This document shows positions 16,930 to 23,364 of a DNA stretch of 23,364 nt, piece after piece. The notes beneath the pieces are model-generated. The model worked only from the letters and a program-made list of their open reading frames with translations, was not told the DNA's origin and made no database searches. Made by a program: the position numbers and the translations under genes. Numbering within the stretch: position 1 is the first letter of the stretch; each line of letters begins with the position of its first letter. The stretch spans positions 1-23,364 of the forward strand of contig CAZZXB010000023.1 of assembly GCA_964658025.1 (NCBI GenBank). The letters are read 5' to 3'. This DNA is from an uncultured Janthinobacterium sp. Its GTDB lineage: Bacteria; Vulcanimicrobiota; Vulcanimicrobiia; Vulcanimicrobiales; Vulcanimicrobiaceae.

Positions 16930-18576
16930 ATGGCCTTCGACTCCCTGCGCGACTTCGTTTCGGCCCTGAGGCGCGCGGGCGAACTCGCCGACGTCACGAC
17001 CCCGGTCGATCCGTATTTGGAGATCGCCGAAATCACCGATCGCGTCGTGAAGGCGGGCGGGCCGGCGTTGCTGTTCGCGAACGTCGTCGGAAGCGACTAT
17101 CCCGTGCTCACGAATCAGTTCGGCACCGAACGACGCACCGCGCTCGCGTTCGGCGCGCGTTCGATCGCGGAGCTCGAGCAACGGGTCCGCAATACCGTGC
17201 AACTCACCGTCCCGAAAACGATCGACGGCCGGATCGCGAAACTCTTCTCGCTCGGTTCCGCCGCGTTCGCGATCCCGCGCATGATCGACGACGCACCCGT
17301 CCAGGAAATCGTGACGATGGGCGGCGACGTCGATCTCCTCAAACTTCCCGTGCTCACGACGTGGCCGCTCGACGGCGGCCCGTTCGTCACGTTGCCGCTC
17401 GTCTTCACGCGCAGCCCCGACGGCGGACCGCAGAACGTCGGAATGTATCGGATGCAGCGCTACGATCGCACGACGATGGGCATGCACTGGCAGCGTCACA
17501 AACAGGGTCGCGCGCACGCGGCGAAGTGGGGCCGGCGCGTCCCCGTCGCGGTCGCGATCGGCGCCGATCCCGCGATCACGTATTCGGCGACGGCGCCGCT
17601 CCCGCCGATCGTCGACGAGATCTCGCTCGCCGGATTCTTGCGCGGTCGCAACGTCCGCATGACGCGCGCGAAAACCATCGATCTCAACGTTCCGGCGGAT
17701 GCCGAATTCGTGCTCGAAGGCTACGTCGATAACGAAGATCTGCGCGTCGAGGGTCCCTTCGGCGACCACACGGGCGTCTATAGTCTCGCCGATTACTATC
17801 CGACGTTTCACGTGACGTGCGTGACGCATCGCCGCGATCCGATCTACGCGGCGACCGTCGTCGGCAAACCGCCGATGGAAGACGCGTGGCTCGGGAAGAC
17901 GACCGAACGCATCTTCTTACCGCTCCTGCAGATGGTCGTCCCCGAGATCGTCGACTACAATCTTCCGGTCGAGGGCGGCTTCCATAATCTCTGCATCGTC
18001 TCCGTGAAGAAGACGTATCCGGGGCAGGCGAAAAAAGTCATGAACGCCCTCTGGGGTCTCGGCCACATGATGATGCTCACGCGTTGCCTCGTGGTCGTCG
18101 ATCACGACGTCGACGTGCACGACATGCGCGCCGTGACGTGGTACGCGCTCAACAACGTCGATCCGTCGCGCGATCTCGTGACGATGCCGGGCCCCGTCGA
18201 CGATCTCGACCACAGCGGCTCGTACCTCGTCGCGGTCGGCCACAAGCTCGGAATCGACGCGACGCGCAAGCGCGCGGACGAAGGCTACGATCGTACGTGG
18301 CCGCCCGATATCGCGAGCGATCGCGCGACGCGCGATCTCGTCACGCGCCGCTGGAACGACTACGGTCTGGGCGGGATGCGTTCCCAGGAAGACCGTTATT
18401 CGGGCCAGGGCGCGCACGCGCTCGAGACGCTTTTCGCCTCGACCGCGTTCGCTGGGGGAGCGGTCGATCCGTCGAGCCTGCGCGCCAAGGGCGTCACGGG
18501 TGCGTTCGGCGGCACCGGCCGACCGCGGTTGCCAAGCAAGTCGGACGATCCCGGAGGTGGAACGGAATCCCAATGA
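16930..18576 (+). CDS. mqnL: UbiD-family menaquinone biosynthesis decarboxylase (futalosine pathway)
   Basis: Start reassigned to ATG 16930; GGPALLF, NVGMYRMQ, GMHWQRHK, EGPFGDHTG, GKPPMED, KLGIDAT; adjacent to a UbiA-like gene. Confidence 0.9.
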   Translation: MAFDSLRDFVSALRRAGELADVTTPVDPYLEIAEITDRVVKAGGPALLFANVVGSDYPVLTNQFGTERRTALAFGARSIAELEQRVRNTVQLTVPKTIDGRIAKLFSLGSAAFAIPRMIDDAPVQEIVTMGGDVDLLKLPVLTTWPLDGGPFVTLPLVFTRSPDGGPQNVGMYRMQRYDRTTMGMHWQRHKQGRAHAAKWGRRVPVAVAIGADPAITYSATAPLPPIVDEISLAGFLRGRNVRMTRAKTIDLNVPADAEFVLEGYVDNEDLRVEGPFGDHTGVYSLADYYPTFHVTCVTHRRDPIYAATVVGKPPMEDAWLGKTTERIFLPLLQMVVPEIVDYNLPVEGGFHNLCIVSVKKTYPGQAKKVMNALWGLGHMMMLTRCLVVVDHDVDVHDMRAVTWYALNNVDPSRDLVTMPGPVDDLDHSGSYLVAVGHKLGIDATRKRADEGYDRTWPPDIASDRATRDLVTRRWNDYGLGGMRSQEDRYSGQGAHALETLFASTAFAGGAVDPSSLRAKGVTGAFGGTGRPRLPSKSDDPGGGTESQ

Positions 18577-19454
18577 GCGTCAGTCGCGTCACGTCACCCG
18601 CAGCGGTCGTCCGCATCGTCCTGCGCGAGATCCGGATCGAGCACACGTCCTTCGCGTTGCCGTTCGCCTACGTCGGCGCGGTCTTCGCGGCGCGCGGTCT
18701 TCCGACGCTCGCGCAGTTCCTCTGGATCACGCTCGCCGTTCTCGGCGCGCGCACCGCGGCGATGGCGACGAATCGCTTCGTCGACAAGGATATCGACGCG
18801 CGCAATCCGCGGACCGCACGACGCGCGCTCGCGAACGGCACGCTCGCGCCGAGCGTCATGCTCGTCACGGCGGTGCTCGGCATCGTGGTCCTCGCCGTCG
18901 CGGCCGCCGCGCTCAATCCGCTCTGCCTCAAACTGCTCCCGCTCGCGACGCTCGGCATCTTCGCGTATCCGTTCTGCAAGCGCTTCACGTGGGGCGTGCA
19001 TTTCGTCCTCGGCGCGATCGACGGTTTCGCGCCGCTCGGCGCGTTCGTCGCGATCGCGGGCGGCGCGTCGTGGTCGGCGGTCTTACTCTTACTCGCGGTC
19101 ACGATCTGGGTCGCGGGATTCGACGTGATCTACGCGCTCATGGATCGCGACGTCGACGTCTCGCAGAACATCCATTCGATCCCCGCGCGTTTCGGTGCGG
19201 CGAGCGGCCGCGCGTTACCGATCGCGCTCCACCTCGCGCTCCCGATCGTCCTCGGCATCGCGGGCGCGCTCGCGCACGTCGGTTGGCCCTTCTACCTCGG
19301 CGTCGTCGCCGCGTTCGTCCTCGCCGCCTACGAACATCGCCAATTCGATGAGGCGCCGAACGTGTTCGTGCTCAACGAGCGCGTGTTCGTCGCGAACATG
19401 GCGTTCTCGGTCGTCGTCCTCGTCGCGACGCTCGGCGGTTTCGCGTGGCGCTGA
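18573..19454 (+). CDS. mqnP: UbiA-family polyprenyltransferase (MqnP-like)
   Basis: ATGA overlap with mqnL; IEHTSFALPF, NRFVDKDIDARNPRT, YPFCKRFT, GFDVIYALMD motifs. Confidence 0.9.
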   Translation: MSVSRVTSPAAVVRIVLREIRIEHTSFALPFAYVGAVFAARGLPTLAQFLWITLAVLGARTAAMATNRFVDKDIDARNPRTARRALANGTLAPSVMLVTAVLGIVVLAVAAAALNPLCLKLLPLATLGIFAYPFCKRFTWGVHFVLGAIDGFAPLGAFVAIAGGASWSAVLLLLAVTIWVAGFDVIYALMDRDVDVSQNIHSIPARFGAASGRALPIALHLALPIVLGIAGALAHVGWPFYLGVVAAFVLAAYEHRQFDEAPNVFVLNERVFVANMAFSVVVLVATLGGFAWR

Positions 19455-20626
19455 CGCGCGGGCGATTCGCCGCGGGTGCGGCGGTCGGAGCGGCGCTCGC
19501 CGGCATCGCGCGGCCCGCGAGCGCGGCCTTCGGCGACGCGTCCGTGACCGGGACGGAGACCTTCGGCGTGGTCGCGCCCTTCACGGGCGATTACATCCGC
19601 CAGGGCGAGCAGATGGCCAACGGCGTCCGCCAAGCGATCGACGACGCGAATCTCTTTCGCGGAAGTTTCGATCGCGCGTACACGCTGCGCACGTTCGACG
19701 ATCAGAACTTACTCGCGACGGGCCTCGTGAACGCGGAATTCGCGTGCGACGATCCGACCGTGATCAGCGTGATCGGTCACTACAGCGGCCGGATCACGGA
19801 AGCCGCGATGCAGACGTACATCAATAACAAGACGCTCGTCATCTGTCCCGCGTCGTCGTACGACCGTCTCACCGAGCACGGCTACGGCAACATCCTCCGA
19901 CTCGTCGCGAAGGATTCGACCGAAGGTCGGCGCGCGGCGGAGTACGTCGTCAAGAACGTCAAGCCCGCGGCCGCGAGCGCGGCCGTGCTCTACCAGGACG
20001 GCGATTACGGCGCCGACGTCGCCGACGGCTTCGGTCAGGCGCTCGGCGAGAACAAGATCAAGGTCACGCCCGTCTCGTTCTCTTGGGACAAACCGAAATA
20101 CGACGACGCCGCGACCGCCGCGATGGCGGCGAAACCGGACGTCGTCTATCTCGCCGGAACGCTCAAGGACATGGGCCCGATGCTCTCGCAACTGCGCGGC
20201 GCGGGCTACACGGGTCCGCTCTACGCGTCGCAAGGGTTCTTCGACGCGGCGACGATCCAAAAATTCGCGGGGAGCGCCGAAGGGCTCACCGTTTCGAGCT
20301 CGATGCCGCCGCTCGCGATCGCCCCCGGCGCCTTCCGCATCAAATCGGATTTCGAACGACGCTACGGCGCCTTCACGCCGCTCTCGGCGTTCTCGTACGC
20401 GGCCGCGCAGATCCTCATCACGCTCGTCCGCCGCACGGGCGCGCAGGATCGCATCGCGGTCCTCCGCTCCCTCACGTCCTCGAGCACGTTCGAGACGGTC
20501 GTCGGGCCGATCACGTTCCAGAACGACGGCGACCCGCAGGAAGTCAACGTGTACTTCTACCGCGTCGTCAACGGCGCGTGGAAGTACGTCGGCTCGGCGT
20601 TACCGAGTAGTTTCGTCGTCAAGTAG
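19445..20626 (+). CDS. Branched-chain amino-acid-type (LivJ/K-like) extracytoplasmic substrate-binding protein
   Basis: Signal peptide ending ASA; GVVAPFTG, VIGHYSG, YG..VADGF, FETVVGPITF..DGD patterns; 10-bp overlap with mqnP. Confidence 0.85.
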   Translation: MALTRGRFAAGAAVGAALAGIARPASAAFGDASVTGTETFGVVAPFTGDYIRQGEQMANGVRQAIDDANLFRGSFDRAYTLRTFDDQNLLATGLVNAEFACDDPTVISVIGHYSGRITEAAMQTYINNKTLVICPASSYDRLTEHGYGNILRLVAKDSTEGRRAAEYVVKNVKPAAASAAVLYQDGDYGADVADGFGQALGENKIKVTPVSFSWDKPKYDDAATAAMAAKPDVVYLAGTLKDMGPMLSQLRGAGYTGPLYASQGFFDAATIQKFAGSAEGLTVSSSMPPLAIAPGAFRIKSDFERRYGAFTPLSAFSYAAAQILITLVRRTGAQDRIAVLRSLTSSSTFETVVGPITFQNDGDPQEVNVYFYRVVNGAWKYVGSALPSSFVVK

Positions 20627-20817
20627 TTCCGTCGTCGAGGAGTTACGATCGGCGCGAGCCGTCGTCGAAGCGCGGGAGATCGGTGACCGGCGTGGCGCGC
20701 GTGTCGGGCGCACGCGGTACGGGCGATTCGGGTTCGTCGTCCTCGAGCGCGAAACAGAGACGTAGCCGCCACGCGCCGAGCGAGAGATTGAGATCCGTGC
20801 CCAAATAACGCACCGCG

Positions 20818-21651
20818 TCACACCTCCAAACGCTTCCAGGAGAAGAGCGCGACGACGCATCCGACGAGCGCGATCGCCCACACGATCCCCGTCGCCTGCG
20901 ATAACTGCGCGAACGCGTCGGCCGAAACGACGCCCGACGAGGCGATCGTGAAGAGGCTGCCGAGATAATAGATGGGATCGAAGAACCGCACGATCGCGAT
21001 CAGGCCGTCGACGATCCAACCGAACGGCGTCCGCGACACGGGCGCGAGGATGAGGAACAGCGTGGCGGCGATCGGACCGTACGCCGAGGCGATGCCGCGA
21101 TACCACGACGTCGCCCCTTGCGTGAAGCCGTAGAACATGAGCGGGATGCCGATCGCGCAGACGGCCTCGAGCGGCGTCGCCGCGTCGAAGACGAGGTGGC
21201 CGAAGAGCCCGAGCGACGCGACCACCGCGCACGCGAGGAGCAGCGCGATCGTAAACGCGATCGCGATCGCGATCGCGTCGATGCCGAAGATCGCGAGCGC
21301 CAGACGTTCGCGGCCGATCGGTTTCGTGAACGCCGAGTCGAGCGCGGGATAGCAAACGTTCAGACTGCGGGCGACGAAGAGCGAGAAGGCGAGCGCGAAG
21401 ATCGCCGCCGTTCCGAGCAACGCGCCGAACGGGATACGCAACTGCGCCACCATCCTCGCGAAGTCTCCCGAATCGGCGTCGCCGTGCGAACCGTCCCCGA
21501 TATTCCATCCGACGGCCGTACCGTCGCTTGCGTACCGGACGACGCCGTGTCCGGTGAGGTGCGGCACGAAGACCAGCAGCGCGAACACCGCGACGATGCT
21601 CGCGAAAACGATGAGGCGGCGCCGCACGCGCAGCATTTCGATGTACGTCAC
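20818..21651 (-). CDS. ABC transporter permease (about 6 TM)
   Basis: Start reassigned to GTG 21651, just after the ATPase stop; hydrophobic helices, FTKPIGRERL loop, terminal WKRLEV. Confidence 0.82.
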   Translation of the reverse strand: MTYIEMLRVRRRLIVFASIVAVFALLVFVPHLTGHGVVRYASDGTAVGWNIGDGSHGDADSGDFARMVAQLRIPFGALLGTAAIFALAFSLFVARSLNVCYPALDSAFTKPIGRERLALAIFGIDAIAIAIAFTIALLLACAVVASLGLFGHLVFDAATPLEAVCAIGIPLMFYGFTQGATSWYRGIASAYGPIAATLFLILAPVSRTPFGWIVDGLIAIVRFFDPIYYLGSLFTIASSGVVSADAFAQLSQATGIVWAIALVGCVVALFSWKRLEV

Positions 21652-21652
21652 G

Positions 21653-22552
21653 TCAGTCGACCTCCACGCGCGCGTCGTCGCCGAGCGCGCCGAAAAAGAT
21701 GTCTTCGAGCGAACGGTCGACGACGTCGAGCGAACGCGGTCCGAGCGCGGCGATCTCCGAGGCGATGCGCTCGCTCTGACCGTTCGCGTAGACGCGCAGC
21801 ATGCGGCCTCCGCGCTCGACGCGCCGCACGTTCGGATCGCTCGCGAGCCCCGGCAGCTCGGGCACCGACGCATCGAAGGCGGCGACGACGACCTTCTCGG
21901 CGCCCTTGAGCGTATCGATATCGCCCGCGAGCGCGATCGTGCCGCGCCGTAAGACGACGATCCGATCGGCGGCGCGTTCGACCTGACCGATCTGGTGCGA
22001 CGAGAAGAGCACGCACGCGCCGCCCGCCGCCGCGTCGATGACGAGATCGAGCACGACGCGCTGAAAGATGGGATCGAGACCGCTCGTCGGTTCGTCGAGG
22101 ACGAGCACGCGCGGGCGAAACGAGAACGCCACGATCAACGAGAGCGCCGTCTGCTGGCCTTTGGAGAGATCGCGCGCGCGCTTCTTCGGATCGAGCCCGA
22201 ACGAATCGAGGAGCTGCCGCGCGCGTGCCGCGTCGTACGAGCGGTACGCGCGCCGTGCCATCTCCAGGTGGTCGCCGACCCGCGCGCCGCCGAAGAGCGC
22301 GGGACGTTCCGGCACGTAGGCGAGCGTTTCGAAGGTCTCCCTCGCTAACGGCTTCCCGTCGATCGCGAGCGTACCGCTCGTCGGTCGTCGCAGGCCGACG
22401 AGACAGCGGAACGTCGTCGTCTTACCCGATCCGTTCGGCCCGAGCAAACCGCAGACGGAGCCCGCTTCGACGGCGAGCGACACGTCGTCGACGGCGCGGA
22501 ATCCACCGCGGTAGACCTTCGTCAGATGTTCGATTGCGATCGGCGTCGTCAC
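21653..22552 (-). CDS. ABC transporter ATP-binding protein (YtrB/CcmA-like)
   Basis: GPNGSGKTT, LSKGQ, VLVLDEPTSGLD, SSH motifs all intact; GTGA overlap with the GntR stop. Confidence 0.96.
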   Translation of the reverse strand: MTTPIAIEHLTKVYRGGFRAVDDVSLAVEAGSVCGLLGPNGSGKTTTFRCLVGLRRPTSGTLAIDGKPLARETFETLAYVPERPALFGGARVGDHLEMARRAYRSYDAARARQLLDSFGLDPKKRARDLSKGQQTALSLIVAFSFRPRVLVLDEPTSGLDPIFQRVVLDLVIDAAAGGACVLFSSHQIGQVERAADRIVVLRRGTIALAGDIDTLKGAEKVVVAAFDASVPELPGLASDPNVRRVERGGRMLRVYANGQSERIASEIAALGPRSLDVVDRSLEDIFFGALGDDARVEVD

Positions 22553-22965
22553 GCGGTCGTCTCCTTTTCGTTTTCGGGATACCAGCGGCGCACGGCGGCC
22601 GCGAGGGCCTCACGCGCCTCGGTCGCGTCCAAGCCGTAGGCACGCATGGCGCGTACGGCCTCGTCGCACGCCGCCGCGGCCACGTCGTTCGCGGCCCGGC
22701 GGCCGACGGCGACGCCGTCGTCCGAGGTGCGGACGAAGGATCCGCGTCCGGGGCTCGTTTCGATGACGCGCTCGCGCTCCAGGTCGCGATACGCACGCGC
22801 CACGGTGTTCGGATTGACGGTCAGTTCCAGCGCGAGCGCCTTTACCGTCGGCAAGCGATCGCCGGGCGCCAGCGTTCCGAGCGCGACCCCGCGTTTCACC
22901 TGCTCCACGACCTGAAGATAGATCGGGACGCCGCTCCGCGGGTCGACGGTAAATCCGGACGACAT
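22549..22965 (-). CDS. ytrA: GntR-family regulator, YtrA subfamily
   Basis: Start reassigned to ATG 22965 (138 aa); PIYLQ...GDRLPTVKALA...VNPNTVARAYRDLE...GRGSFV; short C-terminus; directly upstream of ABC genes. Confidence 0.92.
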   Translation of the reverse strand: MSSGFTVDPRSGVPIYLQVVEQVKRGVALGTLAPGDRLPTVKALALELTVNPNTVARAYRDLERERVIETSPGRGSFVRTSDDGVAVGRRAANDVAAAACDEAVRAMRAYGLDATEAREALAAAVRRWYPENEKETTA

Positions 22966-22999
22966 CGCGCCTATCCCCTCGCCGCCGAGGCGCACGCCA

Positions 23000-23131
23000 T
23001 CACGAGAAGCGCACGCCCCAGCCCGAGAAAAGCGCACCGTCGCGATCGGTTATCGGATTCGGGATCGTCGTGCGGCGTTCGCAGCGATCCGATGCGCCGG
23101 TCCGGCGCGGGGTCACGATCGTATCCTTCAT
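23000..23131 (-). CDS. Putative 43-aa peptide heading the GntR-ABC operon
   Basis: SD AGGAG 6 nt before ATG 23131; MKDTIVTPRRTGASDRCERRTTIPNPITDRDGALFSGWGVRFS; lies between the promoter/operator and ytrA. Confidence 0.55.
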   Translation of the reverse strand: MKDTIVTPRRTGASDRCERRTTIPNPITDRDGALFSGWGVRFS

Positions 23132-23152
23132 GCCATACTCCTGTCGTTCGAT

Positions 23153-23198
23153 CATCGTACCATCGTACCGATGTACTAACGTAGTAGTACGATAACAC
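23153..23198 (-). promoter_or_regulatory. Promoter and YtrA-type operator array
   Basis: Extended -10 TG-G-TACGAT (23162-23154, minus); palindrome GTACTA-N6-TAGTAC (23173-23190); overlapping GTAGTA-N6-TAACAC (23181-23198); AT-rich island in GC-rich DNA. Confidence 0.7.
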
Positions 23199-23364
23199 GG
23201 AGGTGCGATGCGCGTCAAGCGGGCTGAAACGCTACCCGAGATCGACGTCGGCCGCGGGCGTCCCGGAGTTGCGGACGCCCGCCTGCGATCTCCCGAGCGT
23301 TCACCGCCAGATAGACGATCCCGAACCGGACGGGCGGGGCGCGCGTTCACGTGTCTCTGCCGAT

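Noticed and set aside
20627..20817. Intergenic gaps (also 4953-5082, 8693-8916, 9301-9441, 10522-10654) examined for tRNA, sRNA, riboswitches or REP-like repeats
   Set aside because: Only short GC-rich hairpins expected by chance; no recognisable RNA motif, U-tract or shared repeat.
23000..23131. Lasso peptide or other defined RiPP precursor call
   Set aside because: No YxxPxL leader motif or well-placed Thr(-2)/Gly1/acidic-residue pattern, and no cyclase, peptidase or RRE gene in the window.
23199..23364. Plus-strand ORF from ATG 23208 after GGAGG, and hairpin GGGCGTCC/GGACGCCC at ~23256-23280
   Set aside because: SD spacing is short, the translation is Arg/Pro-rich with no recognisable motif, and it is cut by the window edge, so it cannot be supported.

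Overview
GC-rich bacterial chromosomal window of mostly housekeeping and metabolic genes. I found no rRNA, tRNA, CRISPR array or mobile element. The style of the lipoproteins (LAGCGGGG, PT/PxxL linkers) loosely suggests a Candidatus Eremiobacterota-like soil organism; this is an unverified impression. Gene order: partial lipoprotein with two tandem beta-rich repeats (-, missing from the ORF track); polX (-); nicotinate phosphoribosyltransferase, degenerate ABC-ATPase-like protein and membrane protein (+); XRE-HTH protein, SGNH lipoprotein and Cys-less PfpI/DJ-1 protein (-); fni (+); Rieske ferredoxin (-); rpsO, threonine aldolase and M61 peptidase (+); an unannotated 59-aa basic ORF (-); pnp (+); acyltransferase-3 and muconolactone-isomerase-like protein (-); mqnL, mqnP and an orphan substrate-binding protein (+); a 43-aa peptide, YtrA-type GntR, ABC ATPase and permease (-). 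Best novel candidate: the 59-aa basic ORF (12556-12735). It has a strong SD and a terminator-like hairpin inside its coding sequence, the architecture of ArfA/BrfA-type alternative ribosome-rescue factors made from non-stop mRNA. Other notable points are a pseudo-ATPase ABC module coupled to NAD salvage, a nucleophile-less DJ-1 protein, and a peptide-first Ytr-like operon with a visible operator.
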